A stretch of 50,017 nt of DNA from Christensenellaceae bacterium (GTDB lineage: Bacteria > Bacillota > Clostridia > Christensenellales > Borkfalkiaceae): NCBI GenBank assembly GCA_045643385.1, contig JAZUKR010000170.1, forward strand, positions 1 through 50,017. Reading direction: 5' to 3'. The translations under genes and the position numbers were made by a program. Within the stretch, counting starts at the first letter, position 1. The number at the start of each line of letters is the position of its first letter. Of the stretch, positions 6,381 to 13,629 are shown in pieces. The notes under the pieces are model-generated. The model saw nothing but the letters and a program-made list of their open reading frames with translations, was not told where the DNA came from and did not search any database.

Positions 6381-7118
6381 TTATGCAATTGTAGTTCCAA
6401 AACCGAATCCATATCCATAACCGTAAGGGTTATATCCTACATTAAACGAAGGAACAGGTGTAGGTCTTAAAGCATTGATAAGGTACTGATTCTGACAACT
6501 CTGCGATGCCTGTAAGCGAAGTGCTTGATTTTCGTCACGAAGTGTCTGTGCCTTGTCTGCGTTAAGGTAGTCAATGATTCTGTCACCAACCTTGTCGATT
6601 GCTTGAAGTGTTGAACAGTTCTGTGTAGCCATATCATAACGTGTCTGCATAAACTGTTTTTCAGTATCGCAACAACAATCCTTAATCTGATTCTGTATGC
6701 TTGCGCCTGTTGTAGCGATTGCATACTGTGTGTCTTTAATGTTCTGTTGTGTCTTGCAACAACAATCTGCCAACTGTGTCTGAATTGCATTTGCATTCTG
6801 CATCTGGTTAATCTGAACACCGTTAATTAACTGTGCTTGGGTATATCCAAGATCACAAATGCCTGCGTTCTGTCTGTCAAGTGCATTGTCAATTGAATTA
6901 AAACCGTCACTTAACTGTCTTTGGATAGTAGCAAAATCGCTTGACAAAATGTATTGATCCTTGACGGAGTTACCGCCACCGCCAAAGCCACCATTGCCCC
7001 AACCGCCGAATAATGCGATAAGCACAATAAGCCAAAGCCAACCGTTGTTTCCACCAAAGCCGTCATTATTTCCAGATAATGCAATTGCATCGGCAGGACT
7101 TAATGAATTTGAAAACAT
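6381..7118 (-). CDS. Gly/Cys/Gln-rich single-pass membrane protein, 245 aa
   Basis: AAGGAG SD. G-rich flanks around the TM segment WLWLIVLIALFGGW. Two CCC triplets 31 residues apart. C-terminal GYNPYGYGYGFGFG. Confidence 0.75.
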   Translation of the reverse strand: MFSNSLSPADAIALSGNNDGFGGNNGWLWLIVLIALFGGWGNGGFGGGGNSVKDQYILSSDFATIQRQLSDGFNSIDNALDRQNAGICDLGYTQAQLINGVQINQMQNANAIQTQLADCCCKTQQNIKDTQYAIATTGASIQNQIKDCCCDTEKQFMQTRYDMATQNCSTLQAIDKVGDRIIDYLNADKAQTLRDENQALRLQASQSCQNQYLINALRPTPVPSFNVGYNPYGYGYGFGFGTTIA

Positions 7119-7160
7119 AATTTATACTCCTTTTCGATATATTACATAGGTTCTGCGCAT

Positions 7161-7355
7161 TTACCTTATGTTTCGTATTTGGTTTATTAATTGATTTATG
7201 TCTACGTTCTTTTCCTTTGCTACATTTTCTGCCATTGTCTTTAAACCTTGTACGTCATTGTTTTGTGCCATACGGAAAGCGTTTTGGATAATAGGGTTTT
7301 GTTGTAGCGCAGGATTCTTTTGAAAAAGCATACTAATTATCTGATTTGGGTTCAT
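7161..7355 (-). CDS. Hypothetical Q/N-rich protein, 64 aa
   Basis: GGAAAGG SD 6 nt upstream of ATG. Overlaps the upstream gene's end by 23 nt. Confidence 0.6.
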   Translation of the reverse strand: MNPNQIISMLFQKNPALQQNPIIQNAFRMAQNNDVQGLKTMAENVAKEKNVDINQLINQIRNIR

Positions 7356-7752
7356 TTTTTGCCTTTCCAGACTTTGCCAACTTGTCTAATCGTTCTTCAA
7401 TACTGTCAAGCCTATTCATAATGCCGTCTGTAACTTCCATACTTGCCCATTTAGGTGGTTCTGTATCATTTGACAATAAAGTGTCCGCTTTTACGTTTTC
7501 AATAGGCTTATAGGGCAAAAATCTTAAAGTCTGAATAGTTCCGTTAGGTTGCCAAGACTTAATATATACTTCGCTCATATCGGCTTTAGGAAATACCGAA
7601 ATACCGGTCATCGGCACATCATTTGCCGATACGCTTTCGATATTATCAATTAGTCTGCCGTTGATTTGCATAATAGTCTGCGGTATATATTGCGGTGTCT
7701 GCGGTTGTTGAAATTGATTCTGAAAGTAATAAGGATTTATCAATGGTTGCAT
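7333..7752 (-). CDS. Hypothetical protein, 139 aa, with Q-rich N-terminus (PYYFQNQFQQPQTPQYIPQ)
   Basis: AGGAG SD 10 nt upstream of the ATG at 7752; the GTG at 7761 is too close to the SD. Confidence 0.65.
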   Translation of the reverse strand: MQPLINPYYFQNQFQQPQTPQYIPQTIMQINGRLIDNIESVSANDVPMTGISVFPKADMSEVYIKSWQPNGTIQTLRFLPYKPIENVKADTLLSNDTEPPKWASMEVTDGIMNRLDSIEERLDKLAKSGKAKNEPKSDN

Positions 7753-7757
7753 AATCG

Positions 7758-7940
7758 TCACACTCCTGTTCCATTTTCTCGATTTCGAATAGTATCATCA
7801 GTTCGTCTATCGTTAGCATTTTCCTTAACATCGTCTAATACTTCTTCTATTGCGTGTACCATAATGGTTTGATATAAAAGTGGTACGTCACGCACCCTTT
7901 CGTGGTTAAAAATTTCAACTAATACTTCGTCTGAAAACAT
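7758..7940 (-). CDS. Hypothetical acidic protein, 60 aa; first gene of the cargo operon
   Basis: AAGAAAGGA SD 9 nt upstream of the ATG at 7940. Lies just downstream of the terminator at 7977-8005. Confidence 0.55.
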   Translation of the reverse strand: MFSDEVLVEIFNHERVRDVPLLYQTIMVHAIEEVLDDVKENANDRRTDDTIRNRENGTGV

Positions 7941-7976
7941 AGTAGTATGTCCTTTCTTACTTTCATTTTTGCACAC

Positions 7977-8005
7977 AAAAAAAGAACGTAACCGCCATAG
8001 TTACG
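7977..8005 (-). terminator. Intrinsic terminator between the early operon and the cargo operon
   Basis: ACGTAAC-tatggcg-GTTACGT on the minus strand, followed by TCTTTTTTTG. Confidence 0.7.
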
Positions 8006-8033
8006 TCCTTTAATCGCCATTAAATCGCCAATG

Positions 8034-8300
8034 CTATTTTTTGTATGAATTTTCTACCAAATCGCAAAAACAATTCAATAATGTCTTTATAACCCAAATT
8101 GAAAATGCCATAAATCCAGATATAAATATTGACAACACTTTCATTGCTTCTTCCGATATTACTACCATTATTACAAAATAAACTACTGTGGCAACAATAC
8201 CTAGCAAAAACAAAATATCTGCTTGCTCTCTTAATTTGTCACAATTCCTTCTTTTGGGTGTTTCTGATTCGTTTGCATTCCCAACATTTTGTTCTTCCAT
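8034..8300 (-). CDS. Two-TM membrane protein, 88 aa (moron-like)
   Basis: AGGGAG SD 9 nt upstream of the ATG at 8300. Bracketed by intrinsic terminators on both sides. Confidence 0.6.
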   Translation of the reverse strand: MEEQNVGNANESETPKRRNCDKLREQADILFLLGIVATVVYFVIMVVISEEAMKVLSIFISGFMAFSIWVIKTLLNCFCDLVENSYKK

Positions 8301-8325
8301 TTCTGTAATCTCCCTATTCATTATA

Positions 8326-8354
8326 TAGAAAAAGGACGAATGACAAGTTCGCCC
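8326..8354 (-). terminator. Intrinsic terminator
   Basis: Minus strand GGGCGAA-cttgtca-TTCGTCC (one G-U pair), followed by TTTTTC. Confidence 0.6.
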
Positions 8355-8412
8355 CTTTTCACCCTTTTTATTTGTTAACCACAACAAAAACTATAAAGGT
8401 GTAATAATTATA

Positions 8413-8631
8413 TTATACCAATTGTAATTTTTCAATCTTAAATTTGATCCGTTGAATTTCCCTGTCAATAGTTCGTGTTGACATATTCAACAACATCGAA
8501 ATTTCGTTTATGGTTTTTCGCCTTGAAAGCAGGTTAAAAATCATAGTCTGCTCGTCTGTAAGGTTAAGTAAATCTTTTGTGTGTTCTAGGTCTGGTAATG
8601 TCATACTTGATAAATAAATACCAACTCTCAT
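8413..8631 (-). CDS. Sigma-70 region-4 / LuxR-type HTH regulator, 72 aa
   Basis: The segment LTDEQTMIFNLLSRRKTINEISMLLNMSTRTIDREIQRIKFKI fits the region-4 HTH layout. GAAAGGA SD. Confidence 0.55.
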   Translation of the reverse strand: MRVGIYLSSMTLPDLEHTKDLLNLTDEQTMIFNLLSRRKTINEISMLLNMSTRTIDREIQRIKFKIEKLQLV

Positions 8632-8653
8632 TACCGTGTCCTTTCTGCCTTAA

Positions 8654-8911
8654 TTATAATTTGTTTATTTCGTTTTCTATTTGCCGTAATTCGCAAGCGG
8701 AACAATCTATGTCTAAATTGCAAGTGGAACATCTTGATATGGGGAACTTCATTATATGCTTTATTTTATCAAGTGTTTCCAAATCTTTTTTTGTTTCATT
8801 AAAAATATTTTTAAGTTGACACCCAATACATTCGCTACATTTCTTATCGCATTCCCAACCAAAAATACTGTCAATTTCCGCTATCAATTCTTCAATGTTC
8901 ATTTTTTGCAT
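8654..8911 (-). CDS. Cys-rich protein, 85 aa
   Basis: Contains CDKKCSECIGC and CSTCNLDIDCSAC clusters. Confidence 0.6.
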   Translation of the reverse strand: MQKMNIEELIAEIDSIFGWECDKKCSECIGCQLKNIFNETKKDLETLDKIKHIMKFPISRCSTCNLDIDCSACELRQIENEINKL

Positions 8912-8912
8912 T

Positions 8913-9149
8913 TTACCACCTTGAATCTATCCCTTGATACTTTTTAGGATCGTGAATTACATCTTCTATTGCTTCGTTAATGGTCATTCCGTTTTTAAGT
9001 CTTGTCCATACAGGAAGATATTTCAAACCTAGTTTATTGCATAAGCCGTTAAGTGTATACCATTCACCTTCAAATTCGTAACGCATATTTGGTACATTGG
9101 TATTTTCTCTTGGCTTATATTTCTTGCGTTTCTTTACTTCTTCTGCCAC
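8913..9149 (-). CDS. Hypothetical protein, 78 aa, with basic N-terminus
   Basis: Tightly packed ORF in the operon. Possible small DNA-binding fold; not assigned. Confidence 0.6.
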   Translation of the reverse strand: MAEEVKKRKKYKPRENTNVPNMRYEFEGEWYTLNGLCNKLGLKYLPVWTRLKNGMTINEAIEDVIHDPKKYQGIDSRW

Positions 9150-9374
9150 TTATTCACCACCCTTCTTAACTTTCTGTCCGCAATTGCTACAATACATATT
9201 TTTAACTTCGGCATTGCATATAGGGCAAATATATTTCTTGCCTTTAATTACCGCTTCAACTTCTGCTTGCTTGGTTACCGCCGACACAATCATATCCATT
9301 ATTCTTTGCGGAAACTTAATTATAGGTTGTTTAATCAAATGTTCTTTAAGTTCATTATATGTCACTTCGCTCAT
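9150..9374 (-). CDS. Zinc-ribbon protein, 74 aa
   Basis: CPICNAEVKNMYCSNCG pair of CxxC knuckles. Confidence 0.6.
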   Translation of the reverse strand: MSEVTYNELKEHLIKQPIIKFPQRIMDMIVSAVTKQAEVEAVIKGKKYICPICNAEVKNMYCSNCGQKVKKGGE

Positions 9375-9474
9375 TGTTCGCTACACCCCTTTGATACGCT
9401 TTTTTCTTTTCTTTTTGGATTTATTTTTTAACATTCCGTAATTTTTAGGTTTCATATTTTACCTTTCCTACTTA

Positions 9475-9855
9475 TCAAAAACTCACTTCGCCTATATCTT
9501 TGCCTTTGTCAATAAACGCGCCCAAGTCTTGCATACCTATCGTAATAATGTGCAACCCCAATTTTTCTAATTCCGTTAATTCTACTTTTGTGTTCCACAT
9601 TTCAAAATATTGCACCATAAGTCCATTTATTTCTTCAAATGAATCTTTAAATTCTTTATAAAGCGATTTGTAACCGTCTTTGAATCCGTCGTAGTATAAA
9701 CTTGTATCAATTTTCGATATATCACCAAATTTATCTTTATATTCTTTTAATTCTTTAAGCCACTCTGCAATTTGTAGCCAATCTTCTTTACTCTGATTAT
9801 TTGACATCAATTTAGATTTGTTCGACGTTCTTTCTATTGCTTCGTCAATGTTCAT
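9475..9855 (-). CDS. Hypothetical protein, 126 aa
   Basis: AAGGAG SD within the conserved 23-nt junction cassette. Confidence 0.7.
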   Translation of the reverse strand: MNIDEAIERTSNKSKLMSNNQSKEDWLQIAEWLKELKEYKDKFGDISKIDTSLYYDGFKDGYKSLYKEFKDSFEEINGLMVQYFEMWNTKVELTELEKLGLHIITIGMQDLGAFIDKGKDIGEVSF

Positions 9856-9874
9856 ATTCTTCTCCTTAAAAATT

Positions 9875-10207
9875 CTATCTTTTTAATTTCTCAATTTCTG
9901 CAATTTGTTCTTCGATAATTCTGTTAGCAACTGTTCCATTAAGCCAACATTGTCTTAACACGTTGCAACAATCTTCAAGTGCTTGATTGTATCCGTCTGC
10001 CTTTGCATCTGCAATAACCTTCGCAAGATAATCGTTCCAATAATCACTATTTTGGAATTCTCTTTCGGCTTCGGCTTTACCTGCATTGAATCCATCTTCA
10101 TATGCTTCATTTATTTCCTTGAGTTCCGACTTTTCTGCACATATTATTTCAAGTGCTTCTTTTGCAACTTTTTCTGCCATTTCTTTTATTGTTGGTAATT
10201 CAGCCAT
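9875..10207 (-). CDS. Hypothetical acidic helical protein, 110 aa
   Basis: AAGGAG SD; operon context. Confidence 0.7.
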   Translation of the reverse strand: MAELPTIKEMAEKVAKEALEIICAEKSELKEINEAYEDGFNAGKAEAEREFQNSDYWNDYLAKVIADAKADGYNQALEDCCNVLRQCWLNGTVANRIIEEQIAEIEKLKR

Positions 10208-10230
10208 TATTTATTTCTCCTTAAAAGTCT

Positions 10231-10380
10231 TTATTTCATTAAAGATTTAAAATATTCTTTAATCTCATCTTCTGGAAAATAGTCATATTTACCACCACTT
10301 AAACTGTCACAAAAACGTTCTATATCTTTTATTAAAAATTTTAAACAATCATTCCAACCAATGTCTTCGTATATTTCCAC
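10231..10380 (-). CDS. Small protein, 49 aa (below the ORF-track cutoff)
   Basis: AAGGAGAAGAAT then GTG. Sits between two copies of the junction cassette. Confidence 0.45.
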   Translation of the reverse strand: MEIYEDIGWNDCLKFLIKDIERFCDSLSGGKYDYFPEDEIKEYFKSLMK

Positions 10381-10399
10381 ATTCTTCTCCTTAAAAATT

Positions 10400-10570
10400 C
10401 TATTTACCCCAAATTATTATTGATACAAGTATCGTTAGAAATACAGTATTTATTGCAATCAATCCAAGGTCATAATCATCGTTAAATAATAAACCAGATA
10501 ATATCAATATTAGAAATTCTAATATCATAACAATAAATAGTATTCCTAATATAACTAATATTTCGCTCAT
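10400..10570 (-). CDS. Two-TM membrane peptide, 56 aa (below the ORF-track cutoff)
   Basis: AAGGAGCAGAAT then ATG. Sequence MSEILVILGILFIVMILEFLILILSGLLFNDDYDLGLIAINTVFLTILVSIIIWGK. Confidence 0.5.
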   Translation of the reverse strand: MSEILVILGILFIVMILEFLILILSGLLFNDDYDLGLIAINTVFLTILVSIIIWGK

Positions 10571-10588
10571 ATTCTGCTCCTTAAAGTT

Positions 10589-10834
10589 CTATTCCCACTT
10601 AATTGCTTGACCACATTTCGGACAATATTTCCAATTAAAACAGCACTCACACCATTCATCAGTAATTCCTTTAATTGGCAATGCTTTGTCACAACTAGGG
10701 CAATGATGTGTATGCACCACCTTTTTCGGTATCTGCTTTTCTAATGCATTTTTAATCTCCATATCATAAGGATTAGCACTATCAATCATAAAGTTACTCT
10801 TATCCATAATTTCGCAATATTCTTCGTTGTTCAT
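10589..10834 (-). CDS. Zinc-ribbon protein, 81 aa
   Basis: HHCPSCD ... CECC ... CPKCG motifs. Confidence 0.65.
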   Translation of the reverse strand: MNNEEYCEIMDKSNFMIDSANPYDMEIKNALEKQIPKKVVHTHHCPSCDKALPIKGITDEWCECCFNWKYCPKCGQAIKWE

Positions 10835-10956
10835 TTCAAATCATCTTCCTTTGTCTGGTCTATCTGCGTTGCTTTTAATATTTCAATAATTGCAACCTGC
10901 ATTGTGTCTGATACGTTCCTATACAGTTCGACAAGTTCTTTTTCTTTATCCGTCAT
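10831..10956 (-). CDS. Small helical protein, 41 aa (below the ORF-track cutoff)
   Basis: ATGA overlaps at both ends with the neighbouring genes, suggesting translational coupling. Confidence 0.35.
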   Translation of the reverse strand: MTDKEKELVELYRNVSDTMQVAIIEILKATQIDQTKEDDLK

Positions 10957-11363
10957 TTTCCCACCTTCTTTACAAATTCGATTTCGTAACCAAAATATTC
11001 GCAGGCTCTAAATAACGTCCGTAATGTTAAGTATGCGGTCTGACCTTCACCGTAATATAAATGCCCTACTGACAAGCCTGTTTCACGGTAAAACTGATGT
11101 GTGGTTTCACAATGCTTTTGAATTTCGTTATCCAACCATTCCAAAGTATCGTACAAATCAACAACCTTGCCGTTTATAAGACATTCATAGCCGAAATAAT
11201 CAAGCATATCGGCTACCGCACCTACTCTTGGCAATGATTTATTACCTTCCCAGACACCTGCCGTAACTATTGAATATCCCAATCGTCTGCACAACTCTGC
11301 TTTGGATATTCCCAATTCGCAACGTCTTTCTGCTATCCAACTTCCTATTTCATTTATTTTCAT
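10953..11363 (-). CDS. Tandem-HTH (XRE-like) protein, 136 aa; paralog of 11638-12036
   Basis: Two HTH-like halves ending DYFGYE and YFGYEIEFVKK. The same layout occurs in the paralog. Confidence 0.6.
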   Translation of the reverse strand: MKINEIGSWIAERRCELGISKAELCRRLGYSIVTAGVWEGNKSLPRVGAVADMLDYFGYECLINGKVVDLYDTLEWLDNEIQKHCETTHQFYRETGLSVGHLYYGEGQTAYLTLRTLFRACEYFGYEIEFVKKVGK

Positions 11364-11641
11364 TTTCTCAACCCTTTAAGTATTTTTAGTATTTCGTTTG
11401 TGCGTTCATCGTCCGGATTTGAAATTAATCGCACAATCATTTCTGCCTTGTTAAAGGCAATATCTTCAACCTGCTTATCGTGTTCGGCAAGCCAACCACA
11501 ATTAGTTAACTTGCCCACGCATCTATCAATTTCGTTTTGTTCACGGTTTAAATATTCACCGCATTTTTCGCTTGCATCATTAGGGATTTCCCAACATACG
11601 TTTTTCCAATCGCAGGTTTTGCAATTTCGTACAATCTTCAT
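11360..11641 (-). CDS. Cys-rich protein, 93 aa
   Basis: CKTCDWKNVC ... C ... C motifs. 4-nt overlaps with both neighbours. Confidence 0.65.
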   Translation of the reverse strand: MKIVRNCKTCDWKNVCWEIPNDASEKCGEYLNREQNEIDRCVGKLTNCGWLAEHDKQVEDIAFNKAEMIVRLISNPDDERTNEILKILKGLRK

Positions 11642-12036
11642 TTCTTAACAAACTCCACATTATAACCCAAATAATTGACTACCTTTACAAATACCTTCCA
11701 CGAAATAATATCTCTTGTGAAGTTATACAAAGTTTCTCTTGGTACACCGCAACCATTCGAAATATTCATAATGTTGCCACGCTTTAATCGAATCTTATTG
11801 TATAAAAAATTGCACAAATCTTCGGGTCTAACATTTTCGCTATTTATTCGTAGTTCATAGCCAAAATAATCAAGTAAAAGTCCAAGGCTAGTTCTGCTCG
11901 GCTTTGCGTATCCGTTCACCCAATACGCAACCGCACTTGGCTCTGCATAAACAACCTTTGCTATTCTATGGTTTGGCACACCCTTTTCGGTTTTTGCTTT
12001 TTTCAACCATTCTGAAATAAAATTCTCATTAAGCAT
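11638..12036 (-). CDS. Tandem-HTH (XRE-like) protein, 132 aa
   Basis: GGGGGTG SD 6 nt before the ATG at 12036. Halves end DYFGYE and YLGYNVEFVKK. Confidence 0.6.
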   Translation of the reverse strand: MLNENFISEWLKKAKTEKGVPNHRIAKVVYAEPSAVAYWVNGYAKPSRTSLGLLLDYFGYELRINSENVRPEDLCNFLYNKIRLKRGNIMNISNGCGVPRETLYNFTRDIISWKVFVKVVNYLGYNVEFVKK

Positions 12037-12565
12037 CTGTCGCACCCCCAATCATTTTCTGACTACCCATTTGAATTGATTTAAGTGCTTTCTGCATATT
12101 CGCAGGTAATGCTTGAAATTCTTTTTCACGTTTAACAATAGTTCTATATGTTGAAATAAAATGGCTTTGTGCTACGTTCTCGTTAAAGTCAGTAGACATT
12201 CCCCAAGTCCTTAATGTTTCGGGTGATCCCACGGCTTTTTGTACCGTTTCTGGAAATGCTTCAAATCTTTCTTTTGCGTGGTATGCGCTATCTCTAATAG
12301 CCTTGCTTACCATATCCCAAGCCTGCATTTCGTTAAGTTCTTGCGGTGCAACTAAATCTGTTGCCTTGCTACGCAAATCTGCTATTGTAGGTGGAAACTT
12401 ATTTGTCAACATATACTGTTGTGCCGTTGCGCTTACCAAGTCATACGGCAAGTCTTGTAACATCGCATACCAAACGTCGAAACTATCCTTATCCGGCATA
12501 AAGTTTTGACTTGCATATACGGCTTTTAAACCTTTCGCAACTATTAAAAATTCGTCTTTTGTCAT
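12029..12565 (-). CDS. G39P-like replicative-helicase loader/inhibitor family protein, 178 aa (putative)
   Basis: The N-terminal pattern F..VAKGLKAVY......D..SFDVWY.ML.DL.YDLV..A...Y.....FPPTIADL resembles the SPP1 G39P family. Confidence 0.4.
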   Translation of the reverse strand: MTKDEFLIVAKGLKAVYASQNFMPDKDSFDVWYAMLQDLPYDLVSATAQQYMLTNKFPPTIADLRSKATDLVAPQELNEMQAWDMVSKAIRDSAYHAKERFEAFPETVQKAVGSPETLRTWGMSTDFNENVAQSHFISTYRTIVKREKEFQALPANMQKALKSIQMGSQKMIGGATDA

Positions 12566-12750
12566 ATATCCCTTTCTGCAACTTTAATCGGTACTAAATA
12601 AAAATCACTTCCGTTGTGATCAAACACCAATTCGCAATACCAAATTATTCCGTCTTTATATACCTTCACATATTTGCCTTTTGTTTTGCACAATGGTTGT
12701 TTTCCTAATCTTTGCCACAACTTTAGCCACGTTATAGGTTTATTTTTCAT
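12562..12750 (-). CDS. Hypothetical protein, 62 aa
   Basis: GAAAGG SD then AACCACA then the ATG at 12750. Replaces the 135-aa track ORF, whose 5' part lacks an SD. Confidence 0.5.
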   Translation of the reverse strand: MKNKPITWLKLWQRLGKQPLCKTKGKYVKVYKDGIIWYCELVFDHNGSDFYLVPIKVAERDI

Positions 12751-12946
12751 TGTGGTTAACCTTTCTTTTACCGTGAAACAAATCCCAACAGTTATACATT
12801 TCAATAGCCTTTGATTGCGTTTTACATTCAACTCTTTTCCCACAATCGCACTCAACAAACCAATGCTTTGTATTAGGACTACCTTGTATATACTTGCGGT
12901 ACATTCGCGTTGTTCCACATTCACATAAAAGTAAAAATTCTGCCAT
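12740..12946 (-). CDS. Lar-like restriction-alleviation zinc-ribbon protein, 68 aa (putative)
   Basis: The pattern CECG...(x)...ECDCG...QSKAIEMYNCW parallels the Lar family layout (two Cys knuckles plus A-I-x-x-W-N). Confidence 0.4.
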   Translation of the reverse strand: MAEFLLLCECGTTRMYRKYIQGSPNTKHWFVECDCGKRVECKTQSKAIEMYNCWDLFHGKRKVNHNEK

Positions 12947-12956
12947 ATATTTATCC

Positions 12957-13556
12957 TTAATTCACCCATTCAATAGTAGGCTTTCCTTTAAAACCCTTTT
13001 CCCATATAAACCACGCATAAGCAACCGCACTTGACGGGTATTTGTTAAATTCACCATTCTTTGCGCAATTAACTCTGCTCGAAAATACATAAACTTTCTT
13101 TGGCGGGTTCTCGTCAAACATCTTTCTTCTTGACTTGCCTTCAAGAAATGTTAGTTTTAAAAACATCGCAACTTTATGTTCTTCTGCAATTACATCTATC
13201 GCTTTCTCGACAAATTCCTGCGCGTATTTATATGGGGGATTTGTAATAATATCAATGTCTAAATTGCGTTCTTCGGTTTTTAAAAAATCAACTGACTTAT
13301 TTAAGCCGTACCCCCCCCTGTTGACCAAATCAGTTCCAATCACTTCGTAACCACGTTTTTCAAGAACTTTACCTATGTGACCTTCACCGCAGGCGCATTC
13401 CCATATCTTCCCAAAAAACGTTTCGTGATCCAAAAGAATTTCAACCGCCTTGGGTTCTGTTGCATAATAGTCGTGTTCTTGCCTTTCGCCAACCGAATGA
13501 TTACTTGCGCCGATCGTTACATACACCGCAGGTTTATTTCCGTTCCAATCTTTCAT
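12957..13556 (-). CDS. N6-adenine (NPPY-type) DNA methyltransferase, 199 aa
   Basis: DIIITNPPY catalytic motif and a GxG-type SAM-binding segment (ECACGEGHIG). Confidence 0.8.
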   Translation of the reverse strand: MKDWNGNKPAVYVTIGASNHSVGERQEHDYYATEPKAVEILLDHETFFGKIWECACGEGHIGKVLEKRGYEVIGTDLVNRGGYGLNKSVDFLKTEERNLDIDIITNPPYKYAQEFVEKAIDVIAEEHKVAMFLKLTFLEGKSRRKMFDENPPKKVYVFSSRVNCAKNGEFNKYPSSAVAYAWFIWEKGFKGKPTIEWVN

Positions 13557-13629
13557 TTAATCTTCCTTTCTTTTGTCATTGTGGCTAATTTTTCAATTCT
13601 ATTTGTTTTCGTCTGTGTCCGTTCGTTTG

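Noticed and set aside
6467-6820. 117-aa alternative-frame ORF on the minus strand inside the Gly/Cys-rich gene
   Set aside because: It is fully nested in a longer ORF that has a strong AAGGAG SD. Its Arg/His-rich translation looks like an out-of-frame artefact.
9381-9455. 24-aa highly basic ORF (MKPKNYGMLKNKSKKKRKKRIKGV) with a strong GGAAAGG SD
   Set aside because: It is too short and too low in complexity to call. It may be real, or merely the SD-bearing spacer between two genes, so it is left unannotated.
12562-12969. 135-aa minus-strand track ORF
   Set aside because: Its 5' two-thirds overlap the better-supported Lar-like ORF in another frame and have no SD. An internal ATG at 12750 with a GAAAGG SD gives a 62-aa gene that fits the packing.
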